In this document: positions 18,050 through 26,784 of the stretch, piece by piece
Layout of the letters: each line of letters begins with the position of its first letter
How positions within the stretch are numbered: position 1 is the stretch's first letter
NCBI GenBank assembly: GCA_017396825.1
Contig: JAFQKR010000077.1
Coordinates: 24,012-88,011 of the forward strand
From: Clostridia bacterium
GTDB lineage: Bacteria > Bacillota > Clostridia > Oscillospirales > CAG-382
Direction: 5' to 3'
DNA length: 64,000 nucleotides
Notes under the pieces: generated by a model
Databases searched by the model: none
What the model saw: the letters and a program-made list of their open reading frames with translations, nothing else
Told to the model about the DNA's origin: nothing
Translations under genes and position numbers: made by a program

Positions 18050-18078
18050 ATTATAACAGCACCTCGCTGTAATTGCAA
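18050..18078 (-). promoter_or_regulatory. Near-consensus sigma-A promoter of the rfbA operon
   Basis: TTGCAA, 17 nt, TATAAT with an extended TGT. It lies about 45 nt upstream of the rfbA ATG. Confidence 0.6.
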
Positions 18079-18194
18079 TAGAAAATGCCCGTTTTTTGAA
18101 TAAAAGCCCGCTGAAGACCATAATATATTTAACTAACACCTTTTGGAGGTGAAGGCATACGACCGAATATAAAAGCATTATTAAAAATGCGTGG

Positions 18195-18674
18195 TTGCTG
18201 GGGGTGACACTATTCATCCTCTTGTTATGGGTTCACAGAGGCGGACCTGAGGCGAAAAAAATAGCAGTATATGTTTCGGATAATATTCTAGCTTCGATCT
18301 TGTGCTGCGTGGCATTGACGGCTTTTAAATGCTTTGTGCCTTTATTACCAACAACAATTATTTATATTGTCGCCGAATATCTTTTACCCTGGTGGTATGC
18401 ATTGTTTGTATGCTTATTTACAAATGCGCTGATATTCACAGTTTCGTATGTCCAAGAGCACAGTAAAAGTGTTTTATACGAAAAGTGCGATATCAACACA
18501 TACAACGCTTTTTTATATTCATTAGCTCTACACTGTGTCAGGATAATCCCGGCCAATACAGCAGGACGAATTTTAGGAAAAAGCGGCGCATCCTTTATCC
18601 CCTGCTTCGTCGGAAGCCTATTGGGAAAACTGCCTGTTGTTATACTTACACTATCGCTGACGCTGCACAAATAA
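18195..18674 (+). CDS. Short TVP38/TMEM64 (DedA-superfamily)-like membrane protein; possibly N-terminally truncated
   Basis: TTG start. The hydrophobic pattern [21 protein letters not shown] ... [17 protein letters not shown] ... [10 protein letters not shown] resembles the TVP38 family. At 159 aa it is short for that family. Confidence 0.35.
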   Translation: MLGVTLFILLLWVHRGGPEAKKIAVYVSDNILASILCCVALTAFKCFVPLLPTTIIYIVAEYLLPWWYALFVCLFTNALIFTVSYVQEHSKSVLYEKCDINTYNAFLYSLALHCVRIIPANTAGRILGKSGASFIPCFVGSLLGKLPVVILTLSLTLHK

Positions 18675-18730
18675 AAAAGCGGAGGTCTGTGTTTAGCAGT
18701 CCCCCCCCCGTTAATGGTTCAATAAAGCAC

Positions 18731-18759
18731 AAAAGGCGGCATAGCCGCCTTTTGTTTTT
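18731..18759. terminator. Bidirectional intrinsic terminator
   Basis: AAAAGGCGGC ATA GCCGCCTTTT followed by GTTTTT. Confidence 0.7.
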
Positions 18760-18795
18760 GCTTATTTATTTAAATTTAATAAATCCGCAAATCAA

Positions 18796-19068
18796 TTACT
18801 GCTTCTGAGCTGCAAAGCATTCGCTGCAGTAAACAGGTCTGTCATCAGAAGGCTTAAAAGGAACCTTAGCTTCCTTACCACAGCTTGCACAAGTGGTGGT
18901 GAAGAATTCTCTGGGACCTCTTGCAGCGTTTTTCTTTGCATCACGGCAAGCCTTGCAACGCTGAGGCTCGTTCTGGAAGCCACGTTCAGCGTAGAACTGC
19001 TGCTCACCTGCGGAGAATACGAACTCTGCGCCGCATTCCTTGCAAACCAATGTCTTGTCTTCGTACAT
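18796..19068 (-). CDS. Zinc-ribbon (double CxxC-x17-CxxC) protein
   Basis: The start at MYEDKT has GAGGT upstream. Motifs CKECG...CKACR and CASCG...CSECF. Confidence 0.7.
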   Translation of the reverse strand: MYEDKTLVCKECGAEFVFSAGEQQFYAERGFQNEPQRCKACRDAKKNAARGPREFFTTTCASCGKEAKVPFKPSDDRPVYCSECFAAQKQ

Positions 19069-19120
19069 AATTTTTACCTCGCTTTGGTATAATGTAAATT
19101 TTGGGTTGCCCCTATTATTA

Positions 19121-19687
19121 TCAAACAAGCTTTTTTAGCTTGGCTTTGATCCTTTGAATTGCGTTATCAATGCTTTTCTCGTTTTTGTTCAGCCGTTTTG
19201 CTATGATCGCATAAGGGATCTCTGCCAAATACATCTCAAAAACTGCTCCTTCAAACTCAGAAAGAGCTGAGAAAACCCTGTCATATAACTGGTTTGTGCT
19301 TTCAATGTCCAAAAGCTGATGCTCAGGCGTTATATATTCCGCAGAGGGCACTAAGGCCTGAACGTCTTCACTAACAACCTCTTGCCATTGTTTACCATAT
19401 TTTCGAAGGCACGAATAAACACTGTTACGTACACAAGCCGCAACATAAGTCGCAAACCTGGAACTTACACCGTCGTAAGTGCGAACAGCACGCAACAGAC
19501 CAACCAATGCTTCCTGCATAATATCGTCACGCTCGGAAGGAGGCACTGAAAGAGACTGTATATAACCAGTTAAAAAGCCGTTGTACTTGTCTGCGAGCAA
19601 CCTAAAAGCTTCATCATCGCCACTTTTCGCAGAAGCAACAAGAGCATTTTCCTCAACAACACCGGTATTATCCATTAACTTGCCCAT
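19121..19687 (-). CDS. Sigma-70 family sigma factor, SigH-like
   Basis: Region 2 DIMQEALVGLLRAVRTYD. Region 4 LSEFEGAVFEMYL...KSIDNAIQRIKAKLKK closely resembles B. subtilis SigH (KSIDNALQRVKRKLEK, from memory). 188 aa with no region 3. Confidence 0.7.
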   Translation of the reverse strand: MGKLMDNTGVVEENALVASAKSGDDEAFRLLADKYNGFLTGYIQSLSVPPSERDDIMQEALVGLLRAVRTYDGVSSRFATYVAACVRNSVYSCLRKYGKQWQEVVSEDVQALVPSAEYITPEHQLLDIESTNQLYDRVFSALSEFEGAVFEMYLAEIPYAIIAKRLNKNEKSIDNAIQRIKAKLKKLV

Positions 19688-19796
19688 TCAATATATTATT
19701 CAAACAGCATAAAATAACACACTGCTTACTGTTCATTATACTACAATTTGCAAAATTGTCAAGATGTTTTACAAATTCTTGTTCCGTGATTATTTA

Positions 19797-20897
19797 CTAA
19801 ATTTCGATATACTTTTCGGTTATATTATCCATATCATTGAGTTTTTTCAAAGCGTCCTTTGCCAAAGCAAGTTGACAGCGTCCTCTAACGAGGTTATGAG
19901 TAGGATACTCCGTCTTGAAATAAACGTCGCCCTCAAGATAATCGGTAAGAAACCTGACAGATAGCTCCAGTGACATAAGAATAACGCCCCAGGGCATATT
20001 CTTGATTTCGGTTTCGGTGAGTTTCCCCGTCATGTAGGGCAAAAAGCCCTCAGCGAATGCCTTGTATCTTTCCAAGTCAAGGGAGACCTTTGTAATATCC
20101 GGCTCATCTTCTACCGCGGTATTGGCCGCAAAACGCACTGCATCACCAAAATCATTCATCGTAAAACCGGGCATAACTGTATCAAGATCGATGACTGCCA
20201 AAGGTTCTCCTGTGTCAACGTCGATCATTATATTGTTTCCTTTTGTATCGTTATGAGTTACACGCAAAGGAATAAGCCCTTGGTTATAAAGGTCATTAAA
20301 GCGAGATGCGTGCTTATACACAGAACGCAAATACTCTACTTCTTCGCTTATTTCAGCAGCTCTACCTTTAATATCCTCTCTATACGCTCTGAATAACGCA
20401 TCAAAACGCAAGGGGGTGTTATGGAAGTTAGGAATGGTCTCGTATAGGTCTCCTCCGGGAAAATCCGAAAGCATGGCTATAAAACGACCAAACCCCTTAC
20501 CTACAGCTCTTAACATGTCGTTATCAAAAACATCGTAAGTTGCCGCATTATAAACAAAAGTCATAACACGCCAATACTCACCGTTTTTTGTTACATACAA
20601 GCTTTTATCATTGTGCTTGTAAAGCCTAATAACCTTACGTTTTATGTCAGGCTCTCCCATCTCCTCTAATTTGCGCCTTACGTGGGAGGTAACAGCCTGA
20701 ACATTTTTTATTATAAGCTCCGGTTTTTTGAATACATAATGATTTACTCGCTGAAACAAATATGACTTGGTTTTACCATCTTGGTCAAGGTCGACGCGAT
20801 AAGTATTGTTAATATGGCCTCGTTTTAACGGAATGACCTCTATAAGTTCGCCCTTTAATCCGTAAGCCTTACATATCTCGATAAAAATATTATCCAT
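19797..20897 (-). CDS. APH-fold sugar anomeric kinase-like protein (N-acetylhexosamine 1-kinase/NahK-like)
   Basis: Catalytic loop VTHNDTKGNNIMID and Mg site IDLDTVMPG in an aminoglycoside-phosphotransferase-type fold. Confidence 0.6.
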   Translation of the reverse strand: MDNIFIEICKAYGLKGELIEVIPLKRGHINNTYRVDLDQDGKTKSYLFQRVNHYVFKKPELIIKNVQAVTSHVRRKLEEMGEPDIKRKVIRLYKHNDKSLYVTKNGEYWRVMTFVYNAATYDVFDNDMLRAVGKGFGRFIAMLSDFPGGDLYETIPNFHNTPLRFDALFRAYREDIKGRAAEISEEVEYLRSVYKHASRFNDLYNQGLIPLRVTHNDTKGNNIMIDVDTGEPLAVIDLDTVMPGFTMNDFGDAVRFAANTAVEDEPDITKVSLDLERYKAFAEGFLPYMTGKLTETEIKNMPWGVILMSLELSVRFLTDYLEGDVYFKTEYPTHNLVRGRCQLALAKDALKKLNDMDNITEKYIEI

Positions 20898-20961
20898 GAA
20901 TTATTACCGCCAGTCTGATATAATAAGATAATTACAGTTTATGAACACAAAGTCAACTGTG

Positions 20962-22848
20962 TCAAAAACTTGATACTTTAAGTATCTCACCCATACCGGG
21001 CTGAACGTTGATAAAACCACTATAAATAGCACCGTTAAGCAAAGAACGATAGGTACCGTCAAGTTCAAGTCTTGCCGTATCTCCTCCGGTGTTAGTACAA
21101 ACCACTATTCTTTCATCATCTTCTCCGCGTTCAAAGGCAAAAAGCCCATCCTTTGCCTTCAGAACCCTAAAGGCAGTAGATTTGAAAACGCTCTCTTTCT
21201 GCCTGAGAGCGGTAAGTGTTTTATACCACTCAAATATCTCCTTATCTTCTCTCCCCCAAGGATATGGACGACGGTTGAATGGATCGCGATAACCCTCCAT
21301 ACCGACCTCGTCACCGTAATATATACAAGGTATACCGGGCATGGTCATTTGGAGGAGTACCGCTGTCATAAGCCTATGTCTGGCTACTATACGTTGCAAC
21401 GTATCCAAATGCTTATCTGCAAGTTCTGCATTAGAGCAGCCGTCACCTCTGTCACCGCCCATTATCGTAAGTATACGTTCTGTATCATGGGTACCGAGGA
21501 TGTTCATCATATAAGAAGTTTTATGTAATGGATAATGTCTATAGAGGGTATCCACTGTATCCGCCAAAAACTTTGCACTGCCATGAAGAACGTACTCCAC
21601 AATCGCACTACGTAAAGGATAATTCATTACCGAATCAAGTTGAGCGCCTTGAAAATACTTTTTACGTTCGCCATAGGCCATTTTGTCGGAAGCGTCCTCC
21701 CAAACCTCACCAACGATATACGCATCATTTTTATGACGCTTTATCGCGGCACACAGTTCAGTAACAAAATCGCTTTCTAGCTCGTCCACAACATCTAGGC
21801 GGAAGCCTGCCGCGCCCATAGACATATATTTGTCAACCACGCCGCCTTCGCCGTTAATAAGCTTACGGAACGAAGCGTTACGGTTAACACGGGGAAGGTT
21901 ACCTATTCCCCACCAAGACTGATAATTATCAGGAAACTCTTTAAAGTTAAACCAATCGTAATAAGGGCTTGAGGGACCGGAATACGCGCCGTTGCCGCCG
22001 TATTTGCCGTATTTGTCAAAATACAAGCTATCGTCCCCGACGTGGTTGAAAACACCGTCAAGTATAACGCCAATGCCGTACTTCGCCGCTTCATCAAACA
22101 AATGCTTAAGGGCCTCGTCGCCACCAAACATTTCGTCTACCTGCATATAATCGCCCGTATCGTATTTATGGTTTGAATAAGCCTTAAACACGGGGCTTAA
22201 ATATATACAAGTAACACCAAGGGATTTTAGATAATCCAGTTTTTCAGCCACACCCCAAAGAGTACCGCCGAAAAAGGTGTTGTTTGCCAAAAAGTCACCG
22301 GGGTGTTCGGCATACTCAGGAACGCCGTTTTCCCAATCGTTGAGTATAACAGCGTCATCCCTTACGGTAACCTCTTTACTGCCTTTATTAAATCTATCTA
22401 CAAATATGTGATAGATAATGCCGCCCTCCAACCAAGTTGGAGAGGCGTACTTTTCATCATATATAAGCATTCTGCCTATATAAACCTTATCATAACCCAC
22501 AGTGCCGCCTGCGCGCATATACCATTTACCCGAAGCGGTGTGCAACTCGTATCCATAGAAATACAATCCTGCAACGGAAGGAATGGGTAGGTCGAAGGTG
22601 TATACGTCAAAACCTTTATCAAGACCTGACCACACCCCGTCTACACGCATATCCTCGCCGCCGTCACGAGCAAAAAGCAACGTTGCTTTAAGCACTGCAA
22701 GAGAGCGCCTTGTTTTTAACACGGGTAACATTTCTTCACCGATCGCCAAAGCTCTGCTACCGCTTATTTTTCCGTTTCTGTATGTTATGGAAACACAATC
22801 CACCGCGTTTGCGCGGTCGTTTTGTGCGTTTAAAATTCTTAGTGCCAC
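20962..22848 (-). CDS. Intracellular GH13 alpha-glucosidase/neopullulanase-type enzyme
   Basis: GH13 regions I-IV: VILDGVFNHVG, GFRLDVVDEL, IVGEVWED and LGTHDTERI. No signal peptide. Confidence 0.85.
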   Translation of the reverse strand: MALRILNAQNDRANAVDCVSITYRNGKISGSRALAIGEEMLPVLKTRRSLAVLKATLLFARDGGEDMRVDGVWSGLDKGFDVYTFDLPIPSVAGLYFYGYELHTASGKWYMRAGGTVGYDKVYIGRMLIYDEKYASPTWLEGGIIYHIFVDRFNKGSKEVTVRDDAVILNDWENGVPEYAEHPGDFLANNTFFGGTLWGVAEKLDYLKSLGVTCIYLSPVFKAYSNHKYDTGDYMQVDEMFGGDEALKHLFDEAAKYGIGVILDGVFNHVGDDSLYFDKYGKYGGNGAYSGPSSPYYDWFNFKEFPDNYQSWWGIGNLPRVNRNASFRKLINGEGGVVDKYMSMGAAGFRLDVVDELESDFVTELCAAIKRHKNDAYIVGEVWEDASDKMAYGERKKYFQGAQLDSVMNYPLRSAIVEYVLHGSAKFLADTVDTLYRHYPLHKTSYMMNILGTHDTERILTIMGGDRGDGCSNAELADKHLDTLQRIVARHRLMTAVLLQMTMPGIPCIYYGDEVGMEGYRDPFNRRPYPWGREDKEIFEWYKTLTALRQKESVFKSTAFRVLKAKDGLFAFERGEDDERIVVCTNTGGDTARLELDGTYRSLLNGAIYSGFINVQPGMGEILKVSSF

Positions 22849-22872
22849 AAAGCGCCCCCGAAAATTTATAAA

Positions 22873-25299
22873 TTATTTTTTAGACTTAAGTCTCTGAAGA
22901 TGCCAAATGTCGTGAGCATAGTCCATTATGCTTCTGTCAGCAGCAAATTTACCTGCTTTTGCAATATTTACAAGAGACATCTTATTCCATCTGGTACTGT
23001 CGCCATATGCTTCCATAAGGTCACGGTGTGCATCCTGATAGAAGTCAAAGTCTGCAAGGCACATATAAGGATCTGCTATGCCGTAAGAGAACAACAAATA
23101 GTTGGCAATATCAGCAAAGGAACGACCGTTAAAGCCTGTCTGCAAGTAATCGATTGCCTTCTTAAGAGAATCGTTTCTGTTGTAGTAGTAAGAGGAAGCA
23201 TAGCCCTTCTTCCAAAGCTCGTCAACCTCTTCTGCGGTATGACCGAAGATGAAGATGTTGTCGTTACCAACCTCTTCGCAGATCTCAACGTTTGCGCCGT
23301 CAAGAGTACCTATGGTTACTGCGCCGTTGATCATGAATTTCATATTACCGGTACCGCTTGCTTCCTTGCCTGCAAGAGAAATCTGCTCGCTTACGTCTGC
23401 GGTAGGAATAAGACGCTCAGCAAGGCTTACGTTATAGTTCTCAAGGAAGAGAACGTTGAGTTTCTTCTTTATCTTGGGATTCTTTTGGATATCTGCGCTG
23501 ATGTAGCAGATAAGACGGATAATATCCTTAGCCATATAATAGCCGGGGGCAGCCTTGCCGCCGAAAATGAAGGTTCTGGGCTTGATATCAAGATTGGGAT
23601 TTTCCTTAAGCGCACAGTAAATGCTTATAATGTGAATAGCATTAAGAAGCTGACGCTTATATTCATGAATACGTTTTACCTGAACGTCGAAGATAGAATC
23701 AGGGTCTATCATAACGCCTGCGGTACGTTTCATATAATTAGAGAAATCAGCCTTGTTTGCTCTCTTTATCTTAGCAAGCTCATCAAGAATAGGAGCGTCA
23801 TCCTGATACTGGAGAAGCTTAACAAGCTCTGCTGCGTTAGTACGATAACCATCACCGATGGTATTATCAAGAAGATTTGCCAAGCGAGGGTTAGAGTAGC
23901 AAAGCCATCTGCGATGAGCGATACCGTTGGTAACGTTAAGGAATCTTTCCGGATACATATCGTTAAAGTCTCTAAAGGTGTTGGACTTTAATATATCGGT
24001 ATGCAAAGCGGAAACGCCGTTTATCTTATGGCTGCCGATAACAGAAAGGTTAGCCATACGGATCTGACCGTGATTGATAATGGACATTCTGCCAACCTTA
24101 TCCCAGTTACCGGGGAAGCAATTCCATGCATCTGCACAGAAACGCTCGTTTATCTCGCGAATAATCATATACAGACGGGGAAGCTTAAGACGGAAGAGTC
24201 CTTCGTTCCAACACTCAAGCGCTTCAGGCATTACAGTGTGGTTGGTGTAAGACATAGTCTTAACAACCATATCCCAAGCCTGCTCCCAAGAATAATTGTG
24301 AAGGTCCATAAGGATACGCATAAGCTCGGGAATACAAAGAGCAGGATGGGTATCGTTAATATGGATAGCAACCTTTTCGGGAAGAGTGTTAAGGTTTTTA
24401 TAGATAGAAATGTGGTCGTGAATTATATTCTGGAGAGATGCACTAACGAGGAAATACTGCTGACTAAGACGAAGAAGCTTACCTTCAGGGTGATTATCGT
24501 TAGGATAAAGCACCTTGGATATGGTCTGAGCAACGGTGTTTTCCTCAACGGCCTTAACGTACTGCCCCTGAGAGAACAGTTCCATATTAAAGTTGCGAAT
24601 ATCCTGTGCTTTCCAAAGGCGAAGGGTGGTTATAGCCTCACTGTTTGCACCGGAAACAAGCATATCGTAAGGAACAGCCTCAACCTCTTCGTAGTTTTCG
24701 TGAATGATCTCACAACGGCCATTATCCCATTTTTCGGTTATAGTGCCGCCGAAACGAACGATGCAAGACTTATCCTGACGAGGAACGAGCCATGCATCAC
24801 CGCCGGGCATCCATATATCGGGAAGCTCTATCTGTTCGCCCTCAGCCAATTTCTGCTTAAACAGACCGTATTCGTAAAGAATAGAGTAGCCTCTTGCAGG
24901 ATATGCGAGAGTGGAAAGAGAATCCATAAAGCAAGCGGCGAGTCTGCCAAGACCACCATTGCCAAGTCCGGGGTCGGATTCCATTTCGTATATTTCATTA
25001 AGGTTAAAGCCGTATTCCTTGAGAACCTCTAAATAATCCTTTTCAATACCGAGGTTACAAAGATTGGTGCGTAGTGAGCAGCCCATAAGGAACTCCATAC
25101 ACATATAGTAAACCTTCTTTTTGCCCTGTTCCTTGGTCTGAGCATTAAAGTACTTACGCTTTTGAGCCAAAATGTCACGAACCGTCAAAACGGTCGCTTT
25201 ATACATCTGTTCCTTAGTTGCATCTTCAAGAGCTACGCTAAAGTATCTTGAAAGCTTGTTCTGTATAGCCTCTTGAATATCTTTACGATTCATGGTCAT
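22873..25299 (-). CDS. glgP: Glycogen/maltodextrin phosphorylase (GT35)
   Basis: 808 aa. GNGGLGRLAACF and the PLP-site EASGTGNMKFMINGA motif. Confidence 0.92.
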   Translation of the reverse strand: MTMNRKDIQEAIQNKLSRYFSVALEDATKEQMYKATVLTVRDILAQKRKYFNAQTKEQGKKKVYYMCMEFLMGCSLRTNLCNLGIEKDYLEVLKEYGFNLNEIYEMESDPGLGNGGLGRLAACFMDSLSTLAYPARGYSILYEYGLFKQKLAEGEQIELPDIWMPGGDAWLVPRQDKSCIVRFGGTITEKWDNGRCEIIHENYEEVEAVPYDMLVSGANSEAITTLRLWKAQDIRNFNMELFSQGQYVKAVEENTVAQTISKVLYPNDNHPEGKLLRLSQQYFLVSASLQNIIHDHISIYKNLNTLPEKVAIHINDTHPALCIPELMRILMDLHNYSWEQAWDMVVKTMSYTNHTVMPEALECWNEGLFRLKLPRLYMIIREINERFCADAWNCFPGNWDKVGRMSIINHGQIRMANLSVIGSHKINGVSALHTDILKSNTFRDFNDMYPERFLNVTNGIAHRRWLCYSNPRLANLLDNTIGDGYRTNAAELVKLLQYQDDAPILDELAKIKRANKADFSNYMKRTAGVMIDPDSIFDVQVKRIHEYKRQLLNAIHIISIYCALKENPNLDIKPRTFIFGGKAAPGYYMAKDIIRLICYISADIQKNPKIKKKLNVLFLENYNVSLAERLIPTADVSEQISLAGKEASGTGNMKFMINGAVTIGTLDGANVEICEEVGNDNIFIFGHTAEEVDELWKKGYASSYYYNRNDSLKKAIDYLQTGFNGRSFADIANYLLFSYGIADPYMCLADFDFYQDAHRDLMEAYGDSTRWNKMSLVNIAKAGKFAADRSIMDYAHDIWHLQRLKSKK

Positions 25300-25327
25300 A
25301 TAATGTTTTCTCCTTGTGTGTGAAAAA

Positions 25328-26767
25328 TTAAGCTAAAATATCATTGTACATACTTATATACGTTAATGCAGATTTATCCCAAGAGAAATCAACGCTCATT
25401 ACTTTTTTAACTAAAGCGTTCCACGTTTCCTTCTGAGCATACAATCCGCAAGCACGCTTAACGGAATTAAGCAGTTCTACCTCGCTGTAAGGAGCGAAAG
25501 TAAAACCGTTACCGCCATCAACCCATCCTATATCCTTGATAGAGTCGTACAAGCCCCCTGTTTCTCTTACTATCGGAACGGTACCGTAACGGGACGCTAT
25601 CATTTGAGCAAGACCGCAAGGTTCGCTCTTTGAAGGCATAAGGAAAATGTCAGCGCCTGCATATATCTTTTTAGACACGTCCTTATTATACATAAGCAAG
25701 GTGCTTACCTTACCCTTGTGGTTATCGGCAAGATGCCAAAAGAAATCTTCATACGCATAGTCGCCCTGTCCAAGTATAATGAGCTGAACGTCGTCACGCA
25801 ATATCTCCTCTGCCGCCGCCATGACAAGATCAATGCCCTTGTGACCGGTAAGACGGGAGATTATAGCGATAAGCGGAGTATCGGGAGACTCTGCAAGACC
25901 GAGCATCTTCTGAAGTTCTTTCTTATTCTTTGCTTTGCCTTCAATATCACCGATACCAAAATTGGCAAACACCTCGGTATCGTTTGAAGGATTATAATAG
26001 TCCACGTCGATGCCGTTGAGAATCCCTCTCAGCTTACCCTTGTTCTGTTCAAGGACGTGATGTAGCCCGTTGGAAAATCTTGGGCTTAATATCTCCATAG
26101 CGTAGGTAGGGCTTACAGTGCTTACCGTATTAGCACAAACAATAGCACCCTTCATAAGGTTTATAGCGCCATTATAATCAACAACGCCTCTATCTTCGGG
26201 AGATAAATCAAACACGTCACCCAAGATTTCGTGTCCAAAAACCCCTTGATACGCAATGTTGTGAATGGTAAACACGCTCTTTATATTCTTGTATCCGTCC
26301 ATCCATGCATAACGCTGACGAAGATATATAACAGTAAGAGCGCTTTGCCAATCGTGAGCGTGAAGAACATCAGGGAAAAACTCTATAATCGGCAAAGACT
26401 CCATAACGGCTTTGCAGAAGAATGCATAACGCTCGCCGTCATCAAAGCTACCGTAGAGAGTGGGACGTTTAAAATAATACTCGTTGTCCAAGAAATAATA
26501 GGTTACGCCGTTGTGGTTAAGCAAATATATACCAAGATATTGACGGCGCCAAGAAAGGTTGATGTAGGTATCGCAAAGTTTTGTAAGCTTTGCGCGGTGC
26601 TCATCCTTCATGCTGCCGTAAAGGGGCATGATAACACGAACATCCATTTCACCTGATGAAGCGTTTTGCAAAGCCGCAGGAAGAGAACCTATAACATCAC
26701 CCAAGCCACCGGAGGAAGCAAAGGGAACGGCCTCGGAGGCAACAAATAGTATTTTCTTTTTTCTCAT
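25328..26767 (-). CDS. glgA: Glycogen synthase (ADP-glucose type, GT5)
   Basis: KILFVASEAVPFASSGGLGDV N-terminal signature; 479 aa. Confidence 0.9.
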   Translation of the reverse strand: MRKKKILFVASEAVPFASSGGLGDVIGSLPAALQNASSGEMDVRVIMPLYGSMKDEHRAKLTKLCDTYINLSWRRQYLGIYLLNHNGVTYYFLDNEYYFKRPTLYGSFDDGERYAFFCKAVMESLPIIEFFPDVLHAHDWQSALTVIYLRQRYAWMDGYKNIKSVFTIHNIAYQGVFGHEILGDVFDLSPEDRGVVDYNGAINLMKGAIVCANTVSTVSPTYAMEILSPRFSNGLHHVLEQNKGKLRGILNGIDVDYYNPSNDTEVFANFGIGDIEGKAKNKKELQKMLGLAESPDTPLIAIISRLTGHKGIDLVMAAAEEILRDDVQLIILGQGDYAYEDFFWHLADNHKGKVSTLLMYNKDVSKKIYAGADIFLMPSKSEPCGLAQMIASRYGTVPIVRETGGLYDSIKDIGWVDGGNGFTFAPYSEVELLNSVKRACGLYAQKETWNALVKKVMSVDFSWDKSALTYISMYNDILA

Positions 26768-26784
26768 AGAAAAAGCCTCCTTAC

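Noticed and set aside
18005-18217. A 71-aa N-terminal extension of the rfbA ORF.
   Set aside because: The conserved RfbA N-terminus MKGIVLAGG starts at 18004 with AAAGGAG upstream. The near-consensus promoter lies inside the supposed extension, which also overlaps the divergent membrane-protein gene.
18689-18808. A possible 40-aa ORF (GTG start after GGAGG) reading through the C9 tract.
   Set aside because: The SD spacing is only 3 nt. The ORF runs straight through the bidirectional terminator hairpin and into the convergent gene's 3' end, so it is most likely non-coding.
22900-25032. Two very long plus-strand ORFs (363 and 343 aa) antisense to glgP.
   Set aside because: They lie in-phase antisense to a well-supported gene and have no SD or start context. 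Their translations are low-complexity and resemble no family. In-phase antisense stops require sense codons TTA, CTA or TCA, which these highly expressed genes avoid (Leu is mostly CTT). The long antisense ORFs are therefore a codon-usage artefact.
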